From the NCBI GenBank assembly GCA_964461455.1, contig CAYWUJ010000008.1, forward strand, positions 1,638 to 65,637: a stretch of 64,000 nt of DNA, in the 5' to 3' direction. The stretch is from an uncultured Prolixibacteraceae bacterium (lineage in GTDB: Bacteria; Bacteroidota; Bacteroidia; Bacteroidales; Prolixibacteraceae). The notes under the pieces are model-generated. The model did no database searches. It had not been told where the DNA came from and was given only the letters and a program-made list of their open reading frames with translations. This document shows positions 1-9,713 of the stretch, one piece after another (the stretch's first letter is position 1; every line of letters begins with the position of its first letter). The position numbers and the translations under genes were made by a program.

Positions 1-1265
1 CCCAGGAATCCCAGCAGAGGCATGGTAAAGCCCGCGATGATAAGGGTCATTTCGGGAGCTCTGAATTTATTGTATAAGGGCAGGTAATCGAGCAGGAAGC
101 TGGTCAGGGGCATCACATATTTCCCCCATGAGAGGAGGATGGAGAGGAGGGTCGCCACCAGGAGCCACCATTTGTCGGCACCGCTGACCACGAAGAGTCC
201 CAGGATAAACAGGAAGACCACGATAGCCCCCACATAATAGGGGCCACTGGTGAAGGGCTTGTCACCGTGGTAAAGGATCACACTGCCCAAAGCCTGGCGC
301 GGATTTTCCACCCCCTTGTCGCGCAGGGTCTTGTAACTTTCCGATTCCAGTCCCGGGTTAGTCGTGTGGCTCCCTCCCATAAATCCGGGAATCAGCAGGG
401 TCATGGTTTCGTCAATCCCCTGGCTCCACTGCACCACATAGTCCTTGTCGAGTCCCGAAGTCTGGTTTTCGGAATTATGGGTCAGTTCCGATTCTCCGCG
501 GATGGTTTCCCGCGAGTATCGGGCATTGGTGTACAGGTAGGAGAAATTGACGGCCAGGGCTATCACTACCCCGGCAGCAAGCCATCCTGTGGTTTTCAGG
601 AAGGGGACCATCTGTTTTTCCCTGATGGCAAAACCCAGTTCTGTGATTCCGAAGACGAGCAGGGCCAGCATGCCGTAATAGGTGATCTGGATGTGGCCAG
701 CCATGATTTCCAGGGCCAGCCCTGCAGTGAAGAGCAGGGCTCCTTTCTTCCGGTCGTGGCGGTAGGCCAGCAGTGCCCCGGCCACCACCAGCATCAGGTA
801 TCCCAGGGCATAGGCCTTGGAATTGTGCCCCGCCTGGATGATGATGATCAGGTAGGTGGAGAAGCCGAATGCCAGCGCCCCGGCCACACTGAGCCAGCGG
901 TTCACCTTCATGCTGGTGAGCAGCACATAAAATCCGAGGAGGTAGAGGATAATCATCGCCGCAGGATGAAAAAGCTTCACAAACCATGCATGGGCCACGT
1001 TGAGCAGGTTGCTCTCGTATTTCACGGAAACCATATAGCCGGGCATTCCCCCAAACATCGAGTTGGTCCAGATGGCCTCCTCACCCGTGGCTTCCCGGTA
1101 ATCGGCCAGCTCCTTTGACATGCCCACATGGCTCTGGATGTCGTGCTGCGATATGGTTTTCCCTTCCAGAAGGGGAAACAGGTAAAGGTAGGATACGGCA
1201 ATGAAAAATAGTATAATCAATATGGTATAAATGCCACGCTTCTGCAGCAAGCCCTGCTTTTCCAT
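1..1265 (-). CDS. YfhO-family multi-pass membrane protein (GT-C-like); 3' end lies outside the window
   Basis: Not in the ORF track because it runs off the edge. My translation of the minus strand from ATG 1265 gives MEKQGLLQKRGIYTILIILFFIAVSYLYLFPLLEGKTISQHDIQSHVGMSKE...WTNSMFGGMP...YWGDKPFTSGPYYVGA, which I recognise as typical of Bacteroidota YfhO proteins. TACTTTTG lies upstream at 1294-1301. Confidence 0.75.
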   Translation of the reverse strand, partial: MEKQGLLQKRGIYTILIILFFIAVSYLYLFPLLEGKTISQHDIQSHVGMSKELADYREATGEEAIWTNSMFGGMPGYMVSVKYESNLLNVAHAWFVKLFHPAAMIILYLLGFYVLLTSMKVNRWLSVAGALAFGFSTYLIIIIQAGHNSKAYALGYLMLVVAGALLAYRHDRKKGALLFTAGLALEIMAGHIQITYYGMLALLVFGITELGFAIREKQMVPFLKTTGWLAAGVVIALAVNFSYLYTNARYSRETIRGESELTHNSENQTSGLDKDYVVQWSQGIDETMTLLIPGFMGGSHTTNPGLESESYKTLRDKGVENPRQALGSVILYHGDKPFTSGPYYVGAIVVFLFILGLFVVSGADKWWLLVATLLSILLSWGKYVMPLTSFLLDYLPLYNKFRAPEMTLIIAGFTMPLLGFL

Positions 1266-1375
1266 TCTATTCAGATTAAGTTTTTCCTTCAGGCAAAAGT
1301 AGCGAATTTACAGCTCATTGGGAAAAGGGGCACCCGGCTTTTAAAGCAATCTTTTATTAGTTTTGTTCCTCAGTT

Positions 1376-2854
1376 ATGGGAATTATCATCAGGCAATCGG
1401 TGAAAGGCGCTTTCTGGTCTTACCTGGGCATTGTGATCGGCTACATCAATGTGGGGATCATCATGCCGCAATTCTTTGACACCGCGCAAGTCGGCCTGGT
1501 CCAGTTATTCGCTTCGGTCTCCCTTATTTTTGCCCAATTTGGGACGTTGGGATTTACCAGCGTCATTAACAGGATGTTCCCCCGTTTCCGCAATCCCCGG
1601 CAGCAGCATCACGGGTTTCTTTTTCTGGCCCTGGTCGCGGGAATTCTGGGTTTTACCCTGGTTGTCGCCGGTTTTGTACTCCTTCATCCCTGGATCGTTG
1701 AAACCAATATCGAAAAATCCCCCCTGCTGGTGGACTATCTCTGGTTACTGCTTCCCCTGGTGCTCATGCGGATCATGTTTACCCTGCTCGACAACTACAA
1801 CAAAATGTTGTACGACGCCGTGACCGGAACCTTCTGGCTGGAATTCATGCACAAGGTCATCAACCTGGTGCTGATCCTGCTCTTCGCCCTGGGGTCGATC
1901 AGCTTCCCCGTGTTTTTCTACGGATACCTCGTCTCCATGAGCCTGCCCGTGGTGCCGGTGATCATCGTTTTATTCCGGCGTGGCCAGTTTCACCTGAAGC
2001 CTGACCGGGCCTTTCTCTCTCCTGCGCTGAAAAAGGAAACGGGAAGCGTCATGGCCTACGGCTTCGTAAACGGTCTTGCTGCCATCCTGCTCGTCAATGT
2101 CGACAAGGTGTTTGTCAACCAGTATCTTTCCCTCAGTGAGGTGGGAATCTTCGGCGTGTGCGCCCTTTTTGCCACGCTGATCAAGGTGCCCTATAATTCG
2201 ATCTCCAAAATTGCTACTGGCATCATCGCTGAAGCCTGGAAAAGGAATGACAGGGCGCACATCACCGAAATTTACCGGAAATCATCCTTAAGCCAGGCCA
2301 TTGCCGGAACCCTGATATTTGTGGGGATCATGGTCAACCTGCATAATGTTTTCGACATCCTGCCTCCGGTTTACAGCAGCGGCAAATGGGTGCTGGTGAT
2401 CTATTCCGCGGGAATGCTCTGGATCACCATCATCGGACTGGCAGGCACCATCACCGAGACCTCCACCTATTACCGGTTCACTACGATATTCCAGCTGGTG
2501 TCGGTGGTCGTGCAGTTCCTTCTCAGCTTCCTGCTGATCCCGCGGCTGGGAATCACCGGTGCCGCCATCGCCACCATCGCCACCCTATTTCTCTATTTCA
2601 CCTCCCAGGCGGTCCTGCAAAAAGTGGTCTTCGGAATTTCGGGGATCAGCCGCAGTATTGTCGTGGTCCTTCTCTTCGGCGTGTTGGGATTTGTTGCCGG
2701 CTGGCTGATACCACGCCTGCCCCTTGTTGCCGACATCGTGGTCAGAAGCGGGGCTGTGGTTCTGGTTTTCGGGGGATTGGTATGGATTTCTAAAATCTGG
2801 CCTGAAGCCAACGAGCTGACCGACCATCTCTTACGCAAAGCCAGAATCAGGTAA
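1376..2854 (+). CDS. Polysaccharide/oligosaccharide flippase (Wzx/MOP superfamily)
   Basis: 492-aa hydrophobic multi-TM protein starting MGIIIRQS..., with LIPRLGITGAAIAT near the C-terminus; glycan-cluster context. Confidence 0.8.
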   Translation: MGIIIRQSVKGAFWSYLGIVIGYINVGIIMPQFFDTAQVGLVQLFASVSLIFAQFGTLGFTSVINRMFPRFRNPRQQHHGFLFLALVAGILGFTLVVAGFVLLHPWIVETNIEKSPLLVDYLWLLLPLVLMRIMFTLLDNYNKMLYDAVTGTFWLEFMHKVINLVLILLFALGSISFPVFFYGYLVSMSLPVVPVIIVLFRRGQFHLKPDRAFLSPALKKETGSVMAYGFVNGLAAILLVNVDKVFVNQYLSLSEVGIFGVCALFATLIKVPYNSISKIATGIIAEAWKRNDRAHITEIYRKSSLSQAIAGTLIFVGIMVNLHNVFDILPPVYSSGKWVLVIYSAGMLWITIIGLAGTITETSTYYRFTTIFQLVSVVVQFLLSFLLIPRLGITGAAIATIATLFLYFTSQAVLQKVVFGISGISRSIVVVLLFGVLGFVAGWLIPRLPLVADIVVRSGAVVLVFGGLVWISKIWPEANELTDHLLRKARIR

Positions 2855-2987
2855 TTTGCCCTGCACCTTACGAGCTGACCGGCTATCTCTTACGCAAAGC
2901 CAGAATCAGATAATTTGCCCTGCACCCTACGAGCTGACCGGCTATCTGTTACGCAAAGCCAGAATCAGGTCATTCGCCCTGCACCCC
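2811..2987 (+). repeat. Three tandem ~59-bp repeats spanning the flippase stop codon
   Basis: ACGAGCTGACCG..ATCT.TTACGCAAAGCCAGAATCAG.T.ATT.GCCCTGCACC starts at 2811, 2870 and 2929. Confidence 0.95.
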
Positions 2988-2990
2988 CGG

Positions 2991-3665
2991 TCAACCCCTG
3001 CTGAAAATGAAAAAGTCAGCCTTTGAGGTATTTTCAGGATCTTCAGGGTTCTGCGGATAAATGTTGTCGATCTTTTCCAGCAGTTTCCACTCTTTCCTGT
3101 TTTGGTCTATCCATGCCGTAAAATTCCTGTCTTTTTCATGGAACAGCTGTTTTTTGTCGAAGTTGCTGGCATAGATGATCACATACTTCTCTGCAGCATT
3201 GAAAAGATGGGACATGTAGTTTTCGAAAATGTCATCTTCCACCAAATGAAAGATCACATCGATCGACAGGGCAAGTTCGGCTTTCAGGAGGGCATGGTTG
3301 TCGACGAACGCTTTCGAATGGTACAGGAAAAAGCTCTTTGACGGGTCATCCCTGAATTTGTCAGCACACAGGGCAATGGCTGAAGGAGAAACATCAAGCC
3401 CGGTATATTGGGGGTATTTTGCCAGCGACAGCTGGTTGCCGTCACCACACCCGAATTCGATGACCGAAGAGATCCGGTTCTTTTCCACAAAATCATTCAG
3501 TATTTCTGATTTGAAAATGGCCAGACGGTTATAGGAGCCAGGTCCCGAATCACGTCCTTTTTTATAACGTTCCTCCCAATACAGGGCTGAACCGGGAAAT
3601 GAGCCGATCTTTAATGTTTGTTTGACTCTCATGACAAACCGGCCGTAAAGATGCTTCAAACGCAT
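2991..3665 (-). CDS. Class I SAM-dependent methyltransferase
   Basis: SAM motif I VIEFGCGDG and YTGLDVS; N-terminal YWEERY..G..SG.GS, typical of glycan-locus methyltransferases. Confidence 0.8.
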   Translation of the reverse strand: MRLKHLYGRFVMRVKQTLKIGSFPGSALYWEERYKKGRDSGPGSYNRLAIFKSEILNDFVEKNRISSVIEFGCGDGNQLSLAKYPQYTGLDVSPSAIALCADKFRDDPSKSFFLYHSKAFVDNHALLKAELALSIDVIFHLVEDDIFENYMSHLFNAAEKYVIIYASNFDKKQLFHEKDRNFTAWIDQNRKEWKLLEKIDNIYPQNPEDPENTSKADFFIFSRG

Positions 3666-3708
3666 GGTGCAATTATTTTTGGTGAAGGGAGAGGGGTCTC
3701 CCGTGTTG

Positions 3709-4791
3709 CTATTTCAGAAGTTCCATAAGCTGGCGGCTGCGGTTTTCCACGCTGAAAAGCTCCCGGATCCTCAGGGAGGCAAAGCTACCTGTTTTATTTT
3801 TTTCCTGAAAGATTCCGTCGATTTTGAGGGCTATTTCGCCGTGATTTCTTTTCACCAGCAGTTGTTTGTCGCCCACGACTTCAGGCATGCCCCCTTCGTT
3901 GGTCACCAGGGGTATGCAGGCGTAAAGCATGGCTTCGGCCAGGGCGATGCCAAAGGATTCGGAACGGGAAAACTGGCAGTAAACCCTGGATTGGCGGTAG
4001 TATGCGGGAAGCCGGTCGTGGTCTACCTCTCCGATAGCTGTTACATTGGGGGGAAGTTCTGTGGTCAGCCAGGGTGCTTTTTCCCTGTTGAAGCCGGCAA
4101 TGCAAAAGGGGATATGCGGCAGCAGGCGGGCGACCCCGATAAAAGTGTCGATGCCTTTCAGCCTGAAGGTGCGTTCCGCATCTATTTTGGCCACGGTAAG
4201 CACCAGCCGGCGCTCATCAGGATCATCTCCCGAAGACTCTCTCTTCCGGAGGTCCTTGCCGGTGGGTGGCGCTTCTCCTGTCCGGGGCTCTGCCATGCCG
4301 GCTTCTTCGCTCCGGTTTTCAGGCAGGTTAACGCAGTTGTGTACCATTTGCAGGTTCTCTTTTCGCGTGAGGGCTTTCACCTTGCGGGCCACATGGTGGG
4401 ATACCGCCAGGTTAAGGGTGCTCATTTTCATGGAAGTGACGGCTGCCCATCCCCGGGGCTTTGAACAGAAAACCCCGTAATTCAGCGCCCTGATCCGGCA
4501 AACATCATACCCGCCAATCACCAGAAAACTCCGCCTGCCCATCAGCCGGGCGAAGAGGACGGGGAGAAGGGAGTGCTGGTCGGCGAACCAAATGTAGACC
4601 AGGTCGAATTTCCGGATATTCAGGGCCAGGAAAAAGAGCTGGCGGATCAGGGCTTTCGCCACAGCCAGGGCCCCCCGTGCAGGAACAAACCGGTAACGGG
4701 TGACCTCGTAGTGCGATGAGAGGATCTGCTCATCGGTAGCGACGAAGCTGGAATAGTGGGTATAGACCAGGAGGAGCTTTTTCGGCTTCAT
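3709..4791 (-). CDS. Glycosyltransferase family 4 (GT-B)
   Basis: SRSESFGIALAEAM...GGMPEVV motif. Confidence 0.9.
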   Translation of the reverse strand: MKPKKLLLVYTHYSSFVATDEQILSSHYEVTRYRFVPARGALAVAKALIRQLFFLALNIRKFDLVYIWFADQHSLLPVLFARLMGRRSFLVIGGYDVCRIRALNYGVFCSKPRGWAAVTSMKMSTLNLAVSHHVARKVKALTRKENLQMVHNCVNLPENRSEEAGMAEPRTGEAPPTGKDLRKRESSGDDPDERRLVLTVAKIDAERTFRLKGIDTFIGVARLLPHIPFCIAGFNREKAPWLTTELPPNVTAIGEVDHDRLPAYYRQSRVYCQFSRSESFGIALAEAMLYACIPLVTNEGGMPEVVGDKQLLVKRNHGEIALKIDGIFQEKNKTGSFASLRIRELFSVENRSRQLMELLK

Positions 4792-4886
4792 TCTTTAAAA
4801 GGATCGCTGCTTTTCGGGCTGGCGATAAAAATAACTATTTTTGAGGGATTAATGGCAGGAGCTACGAAAGGAGGAAGAATCATCTG

Positions 4887-5966
4887 ATGAAGAAAATAGT
4901 GACCATAGTCGGGGCGCGACCCCAGTTTATCAAGGCGTCGGCGCTGTGCCGTGCCCTCAGCGCGGCTGGAATCGCCGAAGTGCTGGTTCATACCGGGCAG
5001 CATTTCGATGACAATATGGCCGATATCTTCTTCAGGGAGATGGGAATTCCTGAACCCGCCTACCATCTGGGTATCCACTCGCTCAGCCATGGGGCCATGA
5101 CGGGCCGTATGACCGAGGAGATCGAAAAGGTGCTTCTGGCCGGGAAGCCTTCGGCCGTGGTGGTCTACGGCGATACCAATTCCACGCTGGCGGGAGCCCT
5201 GGCAGCCGTCAAGCTGCATATTCCGGTGGCTCACGTGGAGGCAGGCCTGCGCAGTTTTAATTTCAGAATGCCCGAGGAGGTCAACCGAATCCTTACCGAC
5301 CGGATCTCCTCCCTGCTCTTCTGTCCCACGGAGACGAGCGTGGCCAACCTGCGGAACGAGGGATTCGGCCATTTTCCGGCGGAAATTTTCCGTACCGGCG
5401 ATGTGATGTACGACGTGGCCCTTCACGCCAGCCGGATCGCGGAAGAGAAATCGGGGATCATGAAGCAATTACGGCTCCAGGGACGCCCCTTCGTACTGGT
5501 GACCCTTCACCGCCAGGAAAATACCGACGACCTGGCGCGCCTCTCCGGAATCATCGGGGCCCTCAACGATCTCTCCCGCACCATGGACATCGTGCTGCCC
5601 CTCCACCCCCGCACCCAAAAAGTGCTGGCTGCCAACGGAATAAAACTCCGCTTTATCCCTATTGATCCGGTGGGCTATTTCGACATGGTGGAGCTGCTCA
5701 AAAACTGCACTTTTGTGATGAGCGACAGCGGCGGGGTCCAAAAAGAAGCCTTTTTCTTCCGGAAGCACTGCCTGGTGCTGCGCGATGAGACCGAATGGAC
5801 CGAACTGGTCGACCTCGGGTACAATTTGGTCGTAGGTGCCGACAAGGAAAAAATAGTGGCCTCGGCAGCAGAAATCACCCGCCTTGACCGTTCTTTCCGG
5901 GAAACACCCTATGGTGACGGCACCGCAGCGGTAAAAATCGCGGAAATCCTGAAAAACCATGAATGA
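4887..5966 (+). CDS. wecB: UDP-N-acetylglucosamine 2-epimerase (non-hydrolysing; WecB/WbpI-like)
   Basis: GARPQFIK, HTGQH, GDTNSTLA, HVEAGLRS, DSGGVQKEA and YGDG motifs. Confidence 0.92.
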   Translation: MKKIVTIVGARPQFIKASALCRALSAAGIAEVLVHTGQHFDDNMADIFFREMGIPEPAYHLGIHSLSHGAMTGRMTEEIEKVLLAGKPSAVVVYGDTNSTLAGALAAVKLHIPVAHVEAGLRSFNFRMPEEVNRILTDRISSLLFCPTETSVANLRNEGFGHFPAEIFRTGDVMYDVALHASRIAEEKSGIMKQLRLQGRPFVLVTLHRQENTDDLARLSGIIGALNDLSRTMDIVLPLHPRTQKVLAANGIKLRFIPIDPVGYFDMVELLKNCTFVMSDSGGVQKEAFFFRKHCLVLRDETEWTELVDLGYNLVVGADKEKIVASAAEITRLDRSFRETPYGDGTAAVKIAEILKNHE

Positions 5967-6018
5967 AAATAGTGTAATGTGATCTTTGTGATTGCGTATT
6001 TAACCCAGGATAATACCC

Positions 6019-7143
6019 ATGGAAAAATCAACCCATATCCAAATGGCCGATCTTTACGGCCAGTACCTGAAAATCAAAGATGAAGTGGATGCCTCTATGC
6101 AGGAGGTGATCCGATCCACCGTGTTTATCAAGGGCGGCAAGGTCACTGAATTTGAGCGGCACCTTTCGGACTATCAGCAGTCGCAGGTCATTGCCTGCGG
6201 CAACGGCACCGATGCCTTGCAGATTGCCTTTATGGCCCTGGGGTTACAGCCCGGCGATGAGGTGATCACCACGCCCTTTACCTTTGTGGCCACCGTGGAA
6301 GTCCTCGCCTTGCTCGGTTTAAAACCCGTGTTTGTGGATGTGGATTCCGATGATTTCAACATCGACGTCTCCCTGATAGAAGGGGTGATCACCCCCCGCA
6401 CCCGGGCGATCCTGCCGGTTCACCTCTTCGGACAGCATGCCCACATGGAAAAGATCATGGAGATGGCCCATAGGCATGGTTTGGCGGTGGTGGAAGATGC
6501 CGCTCAGTCGCTGGGATCGGATTACATCTTCAGCAATGGGGAGCGCCGCAGGTCGGGGACCATGGGCATCATCGGGTGTACCTCCTTTTTCCCCTCCAAG
6601 AACCTGGGGGCTTTCGGCGATGGCGGGGCCCTTTTTACCCGCGATGAGGAGATGGCCACCCAAATCCGCTCGATTGCCAACCATGGCATGAAGGTGCGCT
6701 ACTATTACGACAGGATCGGCATGAATTCACGCCTCGACAGCCTCCAGGCGGCCATCCTCGATGTCAAGCTCAGGCACCTCGATGAGTATGTGGCTGCCCG
6801 CCAAAAGGCTGCGGAGTGGTATGACCAACACCTGCAGGGGGTGGGCGATATCATCATTCCCGTGCACCGGCCCTGGTCGACCCATTCCTATCACCAGTAC
6901 ACCATCAGAACCCGGCAACGGGACGCCCTGCAGCAGTACCTGAAGGAAAAGGGAATCCCCTCGATGGTGTATTACCCCAAGGTCATTCATCTGCAGGAGG
7001 CATACCAATACCTGGGCACCCGCCGGGGAGACTTCCCGGTGAGCGAAATGCTGACCGAAAACGTCCTCTCCCTCCCCATGCACACCGAACTCGATGAGGA
7101 ACAACTGGAATACATCACCGGGACCATAAAGAATTTTTATTAA
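6019..7143 (+). CDS. DegT/DnrJ/EryC1/StrS sugar aminotransferase (WbpE-like)
   Basis: NGTDAL, EDAAQS, SFFPSKNLG (PLP lysine) and NSRLD motifs. Confidence 0.92.
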   Translation: MEKSTHIQMADLYGQYLKIKDEVDASMQEVIRSTVFIKGGKVTEFERHLSDYQQSQVIACGNGTDALQIAFMALGLQPGDEVITTPFTFVATVEVLALLGLKPVFVDVDSDDFNIDVSLIEGVITPRTRAILPVHLFGQHAHMEKIMEMAHRHGLAVVEDAAQSLGSDYIFSNGERRRSGTMGIIGCTSFFPSKNLGAFGDGGALFTRDEEMATQIRSIANHGMKVRYYYDRIGMNSRLDSLQAAILDVKLRHLDEYVAARQKAAEWYDQHLQGVGDIIIPVHRPWSTHSYHQYTIRTRQRDALQQYLKEKGIPSMVYYPKVIHLQEAYQYLGTRRGDFPVSEMLTENVLSLPMHTELDEEQLEYITGTIKNFY

Positions 7144-7148
7144 TCTTA

Positions 7149-7211
7149 AACACAAAGGCACAAAGACATAGTAATGTTTTTCAAAACTTTGTGTCTTCGT
7201 ATCTTTGTGTT
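7149..7211. repeat. REP-like imperfect palindrome built from ACACAAAG units
   Basis: AACACAAAGGCACAAAGACA ... TGTCTTCGTATCTTTGTGTT can form a ~20-bp stem with G.U pairs between co-oriented genes. Confidence 0.7.
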
Positions 7212-7226
7212 GAAAAATAAGACTCC

Positions 7227-7823
7227 ATGGAAAACTATTATGCCCATCCGACTGCCGTTATTGATGAAGGAGCCCTTATTGGCGAGGGAACGAAGATCTG
7301 GCATTTCTGCCATGTGATGTCCACGGCGCAGATCGGCCGTCGCTGCAACCTGGGGCAGAATGTTTTCGTGGCGGGCGACGTCGTTCTGGGCGACAACGTG
7401 AAGGTGCAGAACAATGTTTCGCTTTACACGGGGGTGGTATGTGAGGATGATGTCTTTTTGGGCCCCTCAATGGTCTTTACCAACGTGATGAATCCCCGGA
7501 GCGGGGTCAACCGGAAGGAGGAGTACCGGCGGACCCTGGTGAAACGGGGGGCCACCATCGGCGCCAACGCCACCATTGTCTGCGGGGTGACCCTGGGGCG
7601 TTACTGCTTCATCGGCGCCGGGGCCGTGGTGATCCGCAACGTGCCCGACTATGCCCTGATGGTGGGTAACCCGGCCCGCCAGAGCGGCTGGATGAGCGAA
7701 GCCGGCGAAAAACTGCTCTTCCTCGATGGCCATTACGCCCAGTGCCCCCTCACCGGCGAGAAGTACGTGCTCGAAGGGGGCATGGTCACTAAATTCTCGG
7801 GCCCTTCTCCCATGCTGGCCTGA
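7227..7823 (+). CDS. Hexapeptide-repeat sugar N-acetyltransferase (WbpD/WlbB-like)
   Basis: KIWHFCH, NVKVQNNVS, FLGPSMVFTNV.NPRS and GNPARQ.GW motifs. Confidence 0.9.
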   Translation: MENYYAHPTAVIDEGALIGEGTKIWHFCHVMSTAQIGRRCNLGQNVFVAGDVVLGDNVKVQNNVSLYTGVVCEDDVFLGPSMVFTNVMNPRSGVNRKEEYRRTLVKRGATIGANATIVCGVTLGRYCFIGAGAVVIRNVPDYALMVGNPARQSGWMSEAGEKLLFLDGHYAQCPLTGEKYVLEGGMVTKFSGPSPMLA

Positions 7824-8038
7824 GGCTAAGTAGACTTAACCGATGTTAGCTCCAAATTGTATCAGTTCGGAGAAATTCAGTACATCGTGTGTTATGTTTA
7901 ATCCATTGCATGATAGTGTACTCCGCGTCCTTAACGGGTTTTAAGTATAAACCCTTCCTTGACCAGATGTGATCAGATATACCCATTTTGTATCCCCTGG
8001 TATCCATAAAGCGGGAATGCCAGTCCGGGTAATTTCAC

Positions 8039-9430
8039 TTATTTTTGAGCCGTGCCCAGTCTGATCATCTCCCCTGCCAGGTGGCGGCGTGAGAACTTTT
8101 CAATCTCCTTTGGGGGTTCGGCTGTTTCCCCCTTGTGCCACATCAGAAATGCTTTCTCCAGGGCAGACTGTATCCCCTCCACATCGGAGAATGAATGATA
8201 GCTGCCGGCACCGGTTTGGGTAAGGATCTTTTGGCAGTCGCTGTCTTCAGGTCCGATGGCCAGGATGGGCCGTCCCAGGGCCATGTATTCATACATCTTT
8301 CCGGGAAGAATTTCCCGGGCATTGGGGGAATCGTTGAGCGGCAGCAGTAAAACCGGTGAATGGCTCAGCATCCGCAGCCCCTCCCGGTGTTCCAGGTGGG
8401 GAAGGACTTCAAGTTGCTCCCCGAGGCCATGGCTCCTTATTTCCTGCAGGATGGTCTCATCGGTCTGTCCGATCAGCCTGATCTTCAGTTTTTCCCCGAA
8501 GGCGGGGATTTCAGAAACAAGCCGTTCCAGGGCAGTCCAGAGGGCAGAGGGATTCCGGTCGCGGCTGAAAGCCCCGAAGTGGCTGATAGTAAACTGGCCT
8601 GATGAGTGTTCCGCACCGTGATGAACTATGGAACTTCCCTCGGCACCACTCCCGGAGGAACCTTTGGCAAAAGCACCCACGGCATTTTCACCATAATCAG
8701 CAGAATGGCCGGGTCCTTCAAAATCTGCAGGATCGAAGCCGTTGTAGACCACGTGGACTTCCCTGCCGGCGAGGGCTTCGAGCGACCGCTTCATGCCGGG
8801 ACTCACCACAGTCACCACGTCGGCGGTGGTCAGCACTCTTTTCTCCAGCCGGTGGTGTATCAGGTCGGCCATCGCGGTCAGTTTCAGCCGGTGATAAAAA
8901 TCGATGCCCGTCCAGGGATCCCGGAAATCGGCCAGCCAGGGCACCTTCACCTGCTTCTTCAGCTTCAGGGCGATCAGGTGCATGCTGTGGGGAGGGCCTG
9001 TGGAAACGATCAGGTCGACGGGGTGTTCCGCCAGGTATTTACGGAGAAATATCACGGAAGTATTTACCCAGAAAACGCGCGGGTCGGGGATCAGCAGATT
9101 GCCGCGTATGAATACCGCCACCCTCTCCTTCAGGGAGCCCCTTGAGGCTTCGGAAATATACCCCGACTTGAAGCGGCTCTCCTTTGATTTTCCCGTCAGT
9201 TTCCGGAAAAGGTCGTAAGGCTCCCAGATATGGGTGCTGATGACTTCCGCTTCCACGGGCACTTCCGCCAGCAGACTCTCATCGATCACCGAAGGGTCGG
9301 GATTTTCAGGGGTGTAAATCACCGGCTGCCAGCCATATTCAGGCAGGTATTTCGACATCTTGAGCCACCGCATCACGCCGCCACCCCCCGCCGGAGGCCA
9401 GTAATAAGTTATAATCAGCACCCGTTTCAT
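8039..9430 (-). CDS. Glycosyltransferase family 4-like protein
   Basis: ITYYWPP.GG.GV.RW.K, TGPPHSMH, DFRDPW and PGKMYEY motifs. Confidence 0.85.
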   Translation of the reverse strand: MKRVLIITYYWPPAGGGGVMRWLKMSKYLPEYGWQPVIYTPENPDPSVIDESLLAEVPVEAEVISTHIWEPYDLFRKLTGKSKESRFKSGYISEASRGSLKERVAVFIRGNLLIPDPRVFWVNTSVIFLRKYLAEHPVDLIVSTGPPHSMHLIALKLKKQVKVPWLADFRDPWTGIDFYHRLKLTAMADLIHHRLEKRVLTTADVVTVVSPGMKRSLEALAGREVHVVYNGFDPADFEGPGHSADYGENAVGAFAKGSSGSGAEGSSIVHHGAEHSSGQFTISHFGAFSRDRNPSALWTALERLVSEIPAFGEKLKIRLIGQTDETILQEIRSHGLGEQLEVLPHLEHREGLRMLSHSPVLLLPLNDSPNAREILPGKMYEYMALGRPILAIGPEDSDCQKILTQTGAGSYHSFSDVEGIQSALEKAFLMWHKGETAEPPKEIEKFSRRHLAGEMIRLGTAQK

Positions 9431-9713
9431 AACCCCAAAGTTAGTGATATGGGGATATCATTTCATAATTCATTCGCAAAAGCAACAATTACAGAGTCCG
9501 AATCTGCCGGATAAGTTTTCGCGGACCGGCTGGCATGAATGAGAACTCATTCGAATTGTTCATTTTTGCAGTTTCTGCATGAAATCTCATTCACAAGATC
9601 ATATCATGGAATAAATATGCCGCGCTGGCCGGTGTAAGAAGTGATTTGAAAAACCGGATCAGCAGTAATCTGAATGTTTTATAAATAGTCCCGGCCGGAC
9701 AACCAATTTTATT

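Noticed and set aside
2811-2987. Possible CRISPR array
   Set aside because: The units are contiguous with no unique spacers, overlap a coding 3' end, and there are no cas genes.
9536-9593. Nested small inverted repeats (TGAATGAGA/TCTCATTCA) downstream of glyQS
   Set aside because: Weak AT-rich pairing; cannot be distinguished from background or a poor terminator.
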